This document shows positions 50,029 to 60,105 of a DNA stretch of 64,000 nucleotides, piece by piece. Source of the DNA: Acidobacteriota bacterium (GTDB lineage Bacteria; Acidobacteriota; UBA890; WLXD01); assembly GCA_963666055.2 (NCBI GenBank), contig CAXWPH010000002.1, forward strand, positions 256,001 to 320,000, read 5' to 3'. Every line of letters begins with the position of its first letter. Position 1 is the first letter of the stretch. A model generated the notes under the pieces. The model was not told the DNA's origin and did not search any database. It was given only the letters and a program-made list of their open reading frames with translations. Both the position numbers and the translations under genes were made by a program.

Positions 50029-50301
50029 GCAGGCCGTGGTGGAAGTGTGGCGGGCCTGGCGACAGGGTCTTGCGAGGGGGAGGCAAGGAGAAAGGAGGAG
50101 GCGATGGTTACCCCATCGTTGACGAGGAACGACACAGCATATGCGCGCAACCCCCTATCGCCCGGAGGGTTACGGCGATTTGGGGCCATCTGCGGCGTTG
50201 GCCCTCCTGGACGATGGCTAGGGCATCGCCTGCGTCAGGCCGCCTTGCATCTGACCCCAACTCGCCGTAACCAGGCCCGCCACACTTCCACCACGGCCTG
50301 C
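50029..50301 (+). mobile_element. MITE-like element copy 3
   Basis: CTAG-flanked; variant TIR CAGGCCGTGGTGGAAGTGTGGCGGGCCTGG mirrored exactly at the other end. Confidence 0.88.
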
Positions 50302-50306
50302 TAGGG

Positions 50307-50735
50307 TCAGGGCTCGATCTTGTCGATGCGCCGCTGATGGCGGCCGCCGCCGAATTCGGTCTCCAAGAAGGCCTTCAGCACGCTGTCGGCCATCTGCTGG
50401 CCGATCATGCGTCCGCCCAGACACAGCACGTTGGCGTCGTTGTGCTCGCGCGCCATCGCCGCGGTATGGGGGTTGTCGCACACCACCGCGCGGACGAAGC
50501 CGATGCGGTTGGCGACCATGCACATGGCGATGCCGGCACCGTCGATGAGCACGGCGCGATCGGCCTTGCCATGCGCCACCGCCCGAGCCGCCGGCCGGCC
50601 CACATCGGCGTAGTCCGCGGGCTTGGTGTCGTGCACACCGTAGTCCTCGACGACGTGTCCCTGCGCCTGTAGGCGGAGCTTGACGTACTCCTTCATCTCG
50701 TAGCCGCCGTGGTCGGCGGCGATGGCGATGCGCAT
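50307..50735 (-). CDS. rpiB: RpiB/LacA/LacB family sugar-phosphate isomerase
   Basis: IAADHGG, DYAD, GAGIAM..ANR, AREHNDANVLCLG, FGGGRHQRRIDKI. Confidence 0.9.
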   Translation of the reverse strand: MRIAIAADHGGYEMKEYVKLRLQAQGHVVEDYGVHDTKPADYADVGRPAARAVAHGKADRAVLIDGAGIAMCMVANRIGFVRAVVCDNPHTAAMAREHNDANVLCLGGRMIGQQMADSVLKAFLETEFGGGRHQRRIDKIEP

Positions 50736-50819
50736 GATGGCTCTCGACGATATGGGTGTTTTTGGGCTCGCCTAGGGTAACGCCGGCACTCGATGCGGTC
50801 GATGTAGTATGAGGCGGCG

Positions 50820-51355
50820 ATGACCGAGGGCCCCGCTTCGAAGCAGCTAGCGCGCTGGCTGGCAGCCACGCTGGCCACCCTGTTCGTGGTGCGCTTTGCC
50901 GGGCTGGGCACCGCATTTCTTCCCGGGGTCGGAGTGCTCCTGGCGCTGGCGATCGTGGTCTCTGCGGTGGCCGCCCTCAGCGGGTCCGAGGCAGCGCCGG
51001 AGTCGCGCCAACGATTGGGTGCGCGCGCACCGCTTCGAGCTCGCGTTGGTGGCTCTTGCCGTGCTGTTCATCGGTGTTCATCGGCCTGCAGGTCTCGCGG
51101 CTGCACACCGATCTCGGCAGGTCGCCGCTCGACATCGATCAGCACCGTCTCGCCAGCACGGTGCGCCAGTTCTTTCTGAGCGGCGCGGTCCCGCACGAGA
51201 CCGTCGAGGACTATCCGGGGGTTTTTTACTGGGCCATGGTGGGCGCCTATCTGGCCGCTTTTCTGCCCGCCCTGATGGCCAGTGCCACGCCTGATTTCGC
51301 CAGCCTGCCGATGCCGCATCGTCGCGGTCGCGCAGCGACGCTAGCAGGCCACTAG
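50820..51355 (+). pseudogene. Frameshifted, truncated membrane protein (possibly a GT-C glycosyltransferase N-terminus)
   Basis: Hydrophobic coding spread over three frames; 10-bp tandem duplication TGTTCATCGG at 51065-51084; ends in element remnant CTAGCAGGCCACTAG. Confidence 0.6.
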
Positions 51356-51810
51356 ACGATCCGTGTGTCGATGCTGATGGTGCCCGACAGCGTGCGGTGC
51401 ACCGGGCATCGGTCGGCGATCTCCGCCAGTCGCCGCCGCTGCGCCTCGTCGAGGTCTCCCCGGAGCTCGACCACCTGGGTGAACACGTCGATCCTGCCGC
51501 AGTTGCGGTCCGGATCGTCGCAGTCGTCCGCATGCACCCTGTCGTGGCTCACGTCGACGACTACCCTGTGCAGCGGCCAACCCTTGCGGTCGGCATAGAG
51601 GCGAACGGTGATCGCCACACAGGCGCCGAGGCTGCCCGACAGCAGCTCGTAGGGCGTTGGGCCGCGATCTGCACCGCCATGGGACTCGGGTTCGTTGGCA
51701 GTCCACTGGTGGCGACCGTTGGTGATCGTGTGAGTGATGGGGCCCTTACCGGCGTCCGAGATCCGGACGGTACCGGCCGCCAGGGATCGTTCCGTGTCTT
51801 CCGCCGCCAT
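51352..51810 (-). CDS. OsmC family protein
   Basis: GGADRGPTPYELLSGSLGAC, RLYADRKGW, IADRCPVHRTL. Confidence 0.92.
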   Translation of the reverse strand: MAAEDTERSLAAGTVRISDAGKGPITHTITNGRHQWTANEPESHGGADRGPTPYELLSGSLGACVAITVRLYADRKGWPLHRVVVDVSHDRVHADDCDDPDRNCGRIDVFTQVVELRGDLDEAQRRRLAEIADRCPVHRTLSGTISIDTRIV

Positions 51811-51812
51811 GC

Positions 51813-53630
51813 CTATTGCTGCAGGCGGCGGGCGCGCGCGCGTGCCAGCGGCCAGACGATGGGACCGTCGTCGTGCAGCAATCGTCCGTCACGATCGGCA
51901 GCCGCGTGTTCGAACGCACCGCGTGCAAGTGCAGCGTAGTCGGGCCCGAGCTCCGACAGTGCCAGCCCGAGCCAGTAGCTGGACATGCTGGCGCCGACCC
52001 CGGGGCGTTCGGGCACCTGGAGCGGTCGCACCAGGCGTACGACCTGCTCCCATTCACCGGCGCGGAGCAGGATCGAGGCTTCGTTCAGGACAAGGACCCA
52101 CTCGGGTACGGAACCGCCACCTGCGGTGCGCAGTTGCCGCACGGAGCTACCGCGATCGGCAATGTAGATCCGGCCACTGCCATCAACTGCCAGGTCTCTG
52201 GGATCGTCCAGCCGATGGCCTCCGGGAAGCGCCGGCCCCAGCCGCGCCAGCCGCGCTCCCTCGCTCGAGTACACGTGGATGCGCTTGTCGCCGCGGTCGA
52301 GCACGTAGAAGTTGTCCAGCGCGTCGATCGCCATTGCCTCCGGGCGCCGCCAGTCCGACGCGGTCACCAGCGTCTCGATTCCTCCGTCGCCATCCAGGGC
52401 GATCACCGCCTTGTTACGTCTGTCCAAGAGCAGGAAGCGTCCCTGGTTGTCGACCTCGATATCGACGATCTTGAAGCGCTGGCTGCCAAGTGGCATGGAC
52501 ATATAGGCGCCACGGGCGTCGAATCGCGACAGCTTGTCGCCATCGTCGTGGGCCACGAGGATGCTGCCGAGCGGACCATGCGTCGCCGCGACGATTTTGT
52601 CGACCTCCTCCGTCCGGCCTCCCTGGCGTGTCATGAAGGTCTGCCGTTGGCGAGTGAATGGCGCCAGGATCGAGCGCCGCATGACGACGTACGCCACGCT
52701 GGCCGGACCGAACCAGGGCTTCGTGGCACCGGCAAGTGGGTTCTGCCGAGCCACCACCGCGCCGTCGGCGCCCAGCAGCGCCCCGAACGGTACGCCCTCG
52801 TCGACAACGAGCAACTCGCCATCGTTCGAGGCTCCTACGCCGATCGGCTCATCGAGCCGCCCACCGGCGCTCACCAGAGTGCGTGATTGCCGCCAGGCGG
52901 TTTCCGTCGCACCGAGTCGATGACGATGGATGAGCGACAGCAACGTGCGCGCCGTAGGCACCTCGGCCGCGCCGAGCTGCAGCAGCGCACCGGCGGCTTC
53001 CCACTCGCCGCTGCGGAGCAGCGCAGTTCCGAGCCCCGCATACGCCCGGGCCAGCCACGCGCCACTTACACCCGGCTCCATGGCGGCGGCGAACTCACCC
53101 TCTGCCATTTCGGTTTCCAGCAGCCGCAGGCTGATATTGCCGCTCAGTACCATCGCGGCGGCGCGCGCCTCGAGTCGCGGGAATGTCGCGGCGTCGAACA
53201 GTATCGGTAGGCGCGAGAGCGTCTCGCGTACGCTGCGAAGATCGTCCGTTGACCGGGACGCATCGATGTCGTAGCGCGCCACGATCACGGTGGCGGCGGC
53301 AGCACTGGCCGTCCGCGGATGCGCGTTGACGATGCGATCGGCGGTACCGCGCGCCGCGTCGTGATTGCCCAACGACACGTGGCTGTTGGCGATCAGCAGG
53401 AGTGCATCGTCGACCAGCTCAGAAGCCGGGAACTGGTCCACAAGGACCGTTGCCTCGCGAATCGCCCCCTCCGGATCGGCGGCCTCGTAGAGCATCTGTG
53501 CCTGACCGAGCAGTCGCTGTGCGGCAACATCGGCCTGCGTGGTCGCGTGGAGGCGATTTCCGGACCCCGTGACCGCCAACGACGACGCCGTCAGCGCGAG
53601 CAGGAGGAACGTTCGGACCGCCGTTGTCAC
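51813..53630 (-). CDS. Secreted TPR (BamD-like) + NHL-repeat protein
   Basis: Signal peptide; LVDQFPASELVDDALL; NHL PEAMAIDALDNFYVLD, PRDLAVDGSGRIYIAD; GTGA overlap with kinase. Confidence 0.8.
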   Translation of the reverse strand: MTTAVRTFLLLALTASSLAVTGSGNRLHATTQADVAAQRLLGQAQMLYEAADPEGAIREATVLVDQFPASELVDDALLLIANSHVSLGNHDAARGTADRIVNAHPRTASAAAATVIVARYDIDASRSTDDLRSVRETLSRLPILFDAATFPRLEARAAAMVLSGNISLRLLETEMAEGEFAAAMEPGVSGAWLARAYAGLGTALLRSGEWEAAGALLQLGAAEVPTARTLLSLIHRHRLGATETAWRQSRTLVSAGGRLDEPIGVGASNDGELLVVDEGVPFGALLGADGAVVARQNPLAGATKPWFGPASVAYVVMRRSILAPFTRQRQTFMTRQGGRTEEVDKIVAATHGPLGSILVAHDDGDKLSRFDARGAYMSMPLGSQRFKIVDIEVDNQGRFLLLDRRNKAVIALDGDGGIETLVTASDWRRPEAMAIDALDNFYVLDRGDKRIHVYSSEGARLARLGPALPGGHRLDDPRDLAVDGSGRIYIADRGSSVRQLRTAGGGSVPEWVLVLNEASILLRAGEWEQVVRLVRPLQVPERPGVGASMSSYWLGLALSELGPDYAALARGAFEHAAADRDGRLLHDDGPIVWPLARARARRLQQ

Positions 53631-55495
53631 TGCTGAGGAGCCGTGGCGAAGACGCGCTGACCGTCGCGTACGATGCGCTCGTTGACGGTAAGCGACGCCC
53701 CGGTGGCCGGCCATTCGAACAGGAACTCGTGATCGCCGGCGACCATGCGGGCCTGGAGTGGGGTGATGTCGACGAACTGCCCATCGATGCTGACCCGACA
53801 GTTGCCCGGAGTGGCGGCAATTTGAACGCTGGCGACGGCCGGAACACTCAGGCGGCGGGTACCGCCACTGGTTACGTTCACCGTGGATTGTTGCGAAAGG
53901 AATACCTCGGGGGCCGACAGGGTCACCGCCCACGAGCCTGGCGGGAGGCTCATCTGCAGGGCAGCAGCAGCGTTGAACCTTCGCGTCGGTCCGCCGCCAA
54001 GCGGCCGCGCCGTGGCCGACACGGCATAGTCGGCGTTGACGCTCACGAGCCCGGGTTCCACGTCAGGCTGCATCGGGAAATGCAGCGTCGCCGACTGGCG
54101 CTGCGAAGCGCTCAGGTCGTCGAGCACGAACGCCCAACCAGCAGACGCGTAGCCGTCGAGCGCCAGCTGCATCGCGTAGCGCGTGTCGGGGAGCACCTCG
54201 AGCTCGTAGGGCGTTGTCCCGACCTCGATGCCATCGAGGGTTACCGCGGCGCCGGGCGGAGCACTGGTTACGGTGAACGGCTCACCGACTACGGGCGGTG
54301 GCTCCGGCGCCGCCGGCTCTGCAGCCACAGCACCCTGGTCGGCGTTGGCGTTGGTGTCGCCATCAGCCGATGTGTCGTCGGTTCCGTCGGGCGCCGCGGC
54401 GGTCGAGTCACTGTCGGGCTCGGCTTCCTCCGCTGACCCCAAGGGCACCGCCGCCGGTGGCTCGGCGCTCGGTCGATCGACCGTACGTGGGCTCGAGGCC
54501 ACCGCGCCGACAGGGTCGGCTCCGGTGTCCCCGGCGGGCTCGCCGCCTCCGATGACGCGCCATCCGATGATGGCCAGCACGGCTGCTACCGCGACGCCGA
54601 GCGCGATCATCGGCCCGCGGGACATCTTCTTTCTGGGTGGTATGGCGGCTGCCTTGGTCAGAACCGTGGCATCGGTGTCCGTTCCCCACGCCGCGCGCAG
54701 CGCGTCGACGAACTGTACGCAGCCGCTGAAGCGCTTCTCCGGGTCCTTGTTGAGAGCGCGCAACAGCACGGCGTCGAGCGCCGCCGGCAGCTTGGGGTTC
54801 GCCGAGCTGGGCGATTCGGGCTGGTCGCTGACGATCTTGAACATCACCGTTGTCGGAGCATCGCCATCGAACGGCTTCTTGCCGGCGAGCAACTGGTAGG
54901 CGATCACCCCCAGCGCGAACTGGTCTGAAGCGCCCGTGAGGATCTCACCGCGAGCCTGTTCCGGCGACATGTATGCCGGGGTGCCGAGAATACTGCCCGC
55001 CGCCGTCATCGTGTTGCCCGATAGCTTCGCCACACCGAAGTCGGTCACCTTCGGTACGCCGGCGGTGGTGATCAGAATGTTTGCCGGCTTGATGTCGCGG
55101 TGCACTACCCCGAGGTCGTGCGAATGATCCAGCGATGCCGCGATTCCGGCGATGATGTGCAGACTCCTCTCGATCGGGCTCGGACCCTCGGCGATGATGT
55201 CCTCGAGGCTCATCCCCTCCACGAGCTCCATGGCGATGTACCACGTGTCGCCCTCACGCCCGACGTCGTAGATGGGCACGATGTTCGGGTGCGACAGCCT
55301 ACCGGCGCTCTGGAACTCGCGCTCGAACCGCGACGTGATCTCGGCGCTTTCGCTGCTGGCGTAGTCGTCGCGAATCATCTTCAGGGCAACGTTGCGACCG
55401 ATCACCGGATCGACCGCCGCGTAGACGACGCCCATGGCGCCGCGGCCAAGGACCTTGCTTGTCGTATAACGCCCGAAGGTTAGTGAGTCGCTCAT
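53627..55495 (-). CDS. Hanks-type Ser/Thr kinase with TM and PEGA domains
   Basis: LGRGAMGVVY, VALK, HRDIKPAN, DFG, GTPAYMSPEQ; TM; VTSAPPGAAVTLDG..GTTP. Confidence 0.93.
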   Translation of the reverse strand: MSDSLTFGRYTTSKVLGRGAMGVVYAAVDPVIGRNVALKMIRDDYASSESAEITSRFEREFQSAGRLSHPNIVPIYDVGREGDTWYIAMELVEGMSLEDIIAEGPSPIERSLHIIAGIAASLDHSHDLGVVHRDIKPANILITTAGVPKVTDFGVAKLSGNTMTAAGSILGTPAYMSPEQARGEILTGASDQFALGVIAYQLLAGKKPFDGDAPTTVMFKIVSDQPESPSSANPKLPAALDAVLLRALNKDPEKRFSGCVQFVDALRAAWGTDTDATVLTKAAAIPPRKKMSRGPMIALGVAVAAVLAIIGWRVIGGGEPAGDTGADPVGAVASSPRTVDRPSAEPPAAVPLGSAEEAEPDSDSTAAAPDGTDDTSADGDTNANADQGAVAAEPAAPEPPPVVGEPFTVTSAPPGAAVTLDGIEVGTTPYELEVLPDTRYAMQLALDGYASAGWAFVLDDLSASQRQSATLHFPMQPDVEPGLVSVNADYAVSATARPLGGGPTRRFNAAAALQMSLPPGSWAVTLSAPEVFLSQQSTVNVTSGGTRRLSVPAVASVQIAATPGNCRVSIDGQFVDITPLQARMVAGDHEFLFEWPATGASLTVNERIVRDGQRVFATAPQQ

Positions 55496-55899
55496 GGGTT
55501 TCGCACGTCCCGCCCGGTGCAAAGGTGCGTCTCAACGCGTATTAGTGGCGAGCGGCACGTTCCTGCTGAGAATCTACGACACGTACTGGTCCGGGACCAC
55601 CCAGACGCAGCGGCTTTGCGAGAAAGCTCCTTCCACGTGCGACACATCTCATCCTTGTCGATCGGTTCGAAGCGCAAGCTCGAGATGCGCTCCCCGCCCT
55701 GCACGAACCCCATCTGATCACCGCCGCCGAAGTTCGGGAGAATCAGCTTATCCTTGGCGTAGTCGCGGATACGCTTCAGCCGATCGTCGTAGTCGACAAC
55801 CATCGCGCTGAGCCCGAGCTCGGAGGCGCGGAAAGCGGCGGCGGTACCAGCGGGCCCCCCGCCGACGATCAGTATGTCCAGGGTTTCGGTGTTCGCCAT
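55492..55899 (-). pseudogene. Truncated FAD-dependent (thioredoxin-reductase-like) oxidoreductase N-terminus
   Basis: ILIVGGGPAGTAAA Rossmann motif; protein-like sequence ends after about 93 aa, far short of a full enzyme. Confidence 0.7.
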
Positions 55900-55921
55900 T
55901 GTTCTCAGTGGTGTTGGGACG

Positions 55922-56854
55922 TTAGGTTAGTCGCGTGGGCACCCGGTCGCCTTCGATGCGATGCGTCAAGCGACACTCGATGTCACCGAATCGAAGCGAC
56001 GCCGGCGGCGTGACATGGACGTCACCGGAGACCTTTTTCCCGTTGACGTAGGTCTTGTTCGTGCTTCCGAGATCTTTCACATACACGCCATCCGGTCGAA
56101 AGCTGAGCACCGCATGTCGGCGTGACATCGCCGGCACGTTGATCCAGATGTTACAGTCCGGCGTTCGGCCCACGAGGTTGTCGCCTGGAACGAGCTGGTA
56201 GCGACTCACCAGGCTCGCGGGCTCGAGCACTTCCAGCCACACCGAAGAGGCAGTCTCGATCGACTCACGGATGTTCCCCGGACCCGCGCCCAGTGCCACG
56301 GTCTGTTCAGCCCGCCGATCGAGCTCCGGCACCTCCAGCTCAGCCGCCGCATAGATAGGGGTGCCCGCCTCCGCCGCGTCGGGAGTGGGCGGGTCGTCTG
56401 CCGGCGTCTCGAACGCCGGCATGTCGAGCGCTGCAGCACTCGCAACGATGGTTCCATCGGCTGGCTCCTGCGGTGTCGACGCCTGTGGCGCAAAAGCTGC
56501 CGGTATCACGCGCGGCTCGGGCTCGCTCGCAGAGGCCACTTCGCTTGGCGGCGACCCGTCCCAATGGAAGATGAGATCGTGCTCGCCACCGAACGTGATC
56601 ACGTGTAGCTCGCTGAGTCGTTGCCGCCTGGTCACTGGAACGCCGTCGAGCATCGTGCCGTTGAGGCTCTCGGTATCCTCGAGTACGTAGCAGCCGCGTT
56701 CCTTGTCCCACCAGATGCACGCGTGGTCGCCGGAAACCCCGTTCGCTTCGAGCACGATGGGATGGTGCTGGTTTCTTCCGATGGTGGCGCGCTCCACGAT
56801 ACCGAACTCTGCGCCACTGAAGTGGCCGGTCTTGCCGAACAGCCCTGCCGTCAC
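55922..56854 (-). CDS. Dual FHA-domain protein
   Basis: IGR..VSGDHA..DTESLNGT and VGR..MSRRHA..DLGSTNKTYVNG joined by a Pro/Ala/Glu linker; CAGGAG RBS. Confidence 0.9.
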   Translation of the reverse strand: MTAGLFGKTGHFSGAEFGIVERATIGRNQHHPIVLEANGVSGDHACIWWDKERGCYVLEDTESLNGTMLDGVPVTRRQRLSELHVITFGGEHDLIFHWDGSPPSEVASASEPEPRVIPAAFAPQASTPQEPADGTIVASAAALDMPAFETPADDPPTPDAAEAGTPIYAAAELEVPELDRRAEQTVALGAGPGNIRESIETASSVWLEVLEPASLVSRYQLVPGDNLVGRTPDCNIWINVPAMSRRHAVLSFRPDGVYVKDLGSTNKTYVNGKKVSGDVHVTPPASLRFGDIECRLTHRIEGDRVPTRLT

Positions 56855-56941
56855 TGGTTGCTCTCTCCTGAGTCAGGCCTGCTCGGACCGACTACTCGAC
56901 ATAAAGGAGTAGTCTGGACTCATTGGCTTTTGGATGAAACT

Positions 56942-58164
56942 GGGAGGTGCCCCGAATGTCGTGGAAATTGGATGAGCGTCTCCTCCGAGACCACGGATGA
57001 TCCTATCGGTTAGGCTGCCTGCTTGTCGGGGCCGCACGTGAGCTGAGCCAAGAACCGGTGGTCATCGATGCGTCGCATGCGGATCTGTCCGAAGGCGACC
57101 AGGCTCCACAGCAACGTCACCCCAGCGGCCTCGGTCGAGAGCGAGCCCTGCGTCTTGGTACGGCGACGGAACTCCCGGTTCAGGTTCTCGAGCGCGTTGG
57201 TGGTGCGGAGCGTCTTCAACATCGGCCTCGGGAACTGGTAGAAGGTCAGCAGGCTCAGGCCGGCTTCCTGCAGGCTCCGGGCCACGGCGGGCACCAGGGT
57301 CGACTACTTGCGTACGAAGGCGGCGTAGGCGGCTCTGGCCTGGTTGCCGTCATCGGCCCGAACGATCCCATCCCAGTCGCGCTTCATCTCCGCACGTGCA
57401 TGAACCGGGCAGTGGTCGCATAAGTTGCTCCACTCATGTTGCGTGCACCGCTGCACCAGCACATCGGGCCATACCTCGATCGCCTTAGCCAGCCCCTTGT
57501 GGCCGTCGGGCTGGACCCCGAGCACCGCCAGTACCGGCGCCGACACCACCCGCCTCGCCAGCCTGACCTTCAGATGGAACCCTTCCAGATACAGGTCGAG
57601 TAACGCTCGCCTGACAGATCTCGCTGTCTCCAGCGCTCAAAATACGCCTTCAGACGCCCCACCACCCTGGAGATCGTGCTCTTGGACAGGTGCGCCTTGC
57701 CCAGCAGCGGAGAGAGCGCCTTGCGGATCCGCCGGGTGTTGGCTCCCGCCAGGTACGCTCCCAGGATCGCCTCGTCCACTTGCCGGGCTCGCCGTGCGTA
57801 CCTTGGCAGGATCGCGCTGCGGAACTCCCGGGTGTTGCCGTCTTGCCCCACGATGCGCCCCCGCGGTATGTCCAGCTCCTGGAGCCCTTGGGCTGCCGTT
57901 GCGGTAGCCCTCGACGCTGTCCGTTGCGCTCGTATCGGTCGCACCCCAGCGCCTCGGTGAGCTCCTCCTCCAGCGTCATCTGGATCGCCTCGCGGAACCT
58001 CCAGCGCAGCAGTCCCCTGTATGTCCTGCCGGAACTCGATGACTCCCGCTGCCTCCCTGCTAACCTGCTTCATGGCGTAACCTCCTTGCCGCTCTTCGCG
58101 GCCGTGTTTTCGCCTACGCGGAGGTTACGCCATCTCTATTGCCACAAGACTCGGGACGGATCCC
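56942..58164 (-). mobile_element. Degraded IS256-family insertion sequence
   Basis: Transposase pieces in several frames: LEEELTEALG, YLAGANTRRI, LSKSTISR, VQRCTQH, RTTNALENLNREFRRRTK; imperfect TIRs GGGAGGTGCCCCGAATGTCGTGGAAAT / GGGATCCGTCCCGAGTCTTGTGGCAAT. Confidence 0.88.
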
Positions 58165-58352
58165 GTGCTGGCCGCGGGGTAGCGGTTCTCGGCGAAGAGA
58201 TCCTCGTGCGCTGCTTCGGCGGTCTGCGGCTCCCCGTTCTCTTGACCCAGCGCGGTGAAGGCAGTTGAAGCGAGTGGAGCGCCCAAGAGCACCGTCAATA
58301 ACGCGATTGTCGCAGCGAAACCGATTCGCGCTACCAAGACTCGATCAGGCAT
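58165..58352 (-). pseudogene. N-terminal stub of a secreted protein (probable multiheme cytochrome) cut by IS256
   Basis: Signal peptide, then HEDLFAENRYPAAST ending exactly at the IS256 terminus. Confidence 0.55.
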
Positions 58353-58519
58353 TCGCAGCTCCCCAGTTGAGTCGTGACCCGCGTTGGGTCCTGGACGGCG
58401 AACTTCGGAGCGCCGGATTCTCGGACACAGCACGCTGATGAAGGAAACGTGGCTACCTCTACATCACGGAAATCCGCATGCCTCCAGGTTTGGACGGCGA
58501 GATTCTATCCCAAGCCGGC

Positions 58520-59877
58520 CTAGGTAATGCCGTAGCCGAGCATGGCGTCGGCGACTTTCACGAACCCCCCGATGTTGGCGCCCTTGACATAGTTCACCCA
58601 GCCATCGGCCTCCTCGCCGTACTCGACGCACTGGTCGTGGATCCTCTTCATGATGCCCTTGAGCCGCTCGTCTACCTCCGTCTCCGTCCACGAGATACGC
58701 ATGGCGTTCTGACTTTGCTCCAGGCCGCTGACCGCGACGCCGCCGGCGTTGGCAGCCTTCGCAGGGGCATAGAGGATCTTCGCCTCGGCGAAGGCATGCG
58801 CCCCCGGCAGCTCCGTCGGCATGTTGGCGCCTTCGGCAACTCCGATGACCCCGTTGGACAGCAGCGTGCGCGCATCTTCGACGCTGACCTCTTTTGTGTC
58901 GCGCAGGGGAACGCCAGATCGCACGGCACGCCCCAGGGTCGCCCGCCGGCCACATATTCGACGTCGAACTTCTCGGCGTACTCGCTGATACGCCCGCGAC
59001 GTTCCGTCTTGAGCTCGGTAAGCCAGGCGAGCTTCTCGCCGCCAATGCCCCCCGCATCATGGACGAACCCCCCGGAGTCAGACGCCGTGATCGGTTTGGC
59101 GCCGAGTTCATCGAGCTTCTTGATCGTGTGCAGGGCCACGTTGCCCGACCCGGAAACGACACAGGTCTTTCCCTCCACACTGTCGCCTCGTCGCGCCAGC
59201 ATCTCCTGCATGAAGTACACACAGCCGTAGCCCGTCGCCTCGACCCGTCCGAGGCTACCGCCGAAGGAGATCCCCTTACCGGTGAGGACCGCGGCGAAGC
59301 GATTCGCCAGCCGCTTGTACTGGCCGAACATGTAGCTGATCTCCCGCGCTCCCACCCCGATGTCGCCCGCCGGCACGTCGGTCTCCGGACCGATGTGGCG
59401 ATGCAACTCGATCATCAGCGAGTGGCAGAAGCGCATGACCTCCCGATCGCTCTTGCCCTTGGGGTTGAAGTTGGCGCCACCCTTGCCGCCACCCATCGGA
59501 AGCGTGGTGAGGCTGTTCTTGAAGGTCTGCTCGAATCCCAGAAACTTCAGCACCGAGAGCGTGACCGAGGGATGGAAGCGCATGCCCCCTTTGTAGGGTC
59601 CGATCGAGTTGTTGAACTGCACTCGCCAGGCGCGATTGGCCCGTACGTTGCCGGCGTCGTCCTCCCACGGAACGCGGCAGATCACCACCCGGTCGGGCTC
59701 CGTCATGCGCTCGAGTATCTGAGCTTCCTTGTACTCAGGGTGATCCAGAATGAACGGGATCAGGCTCTCCGCCACCTCCTGTACGGCCTGGTGAAACTCC
59801 AGCTCGCCCGGATTCCGCTTCACGAGACCGGCCATGAACCGATCGAAGTCCTGTCCTGCTGATCCTTCGAGCGCCAT
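58520..59877 (-). pseudogene. gdhA: NADP-specific glutamate dehydrogenase with a single frameshift
   Basis: GPYKGGMRFHP, MGGGKGG, DVPAGDIGVG, EATGYG, SGSGNVA, PCATQ then frame change to EV..AEGANMP, KAANAGGV; shift at about 58891-58895. Confidence 0.92.
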
Positions 59878-60105
59878 CAGAGTCCCCCTCGGGAGCAAGT
59901 TTTCGCGTGCGAGGTTGTCTCGCCAGGGTGCATCTTCCTGCAACCTATCTGACCGGCGGTGAATACACGAGAGGAACTGTTGCGACAGTTGATTGATCGG
60001 CGTACACTCCGAAACCATTCCCAGGCTCCTTCATTGGTCGCGGATTCCTGACTGAGTTATCCGCGGCGAAACCACACCCCAACGACAAAGCGAGACCAGA
60101 CCCCG

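Noticed and set aside
56905-56941. Possible end of a second IS next to IS256
   Set aside because: No partner repeat or transposase fragment in the window
58885-58900. Programmed frameshift in gdhA
   Set aside because: No slippery heptamer; one missing base in a conserved motif explains it
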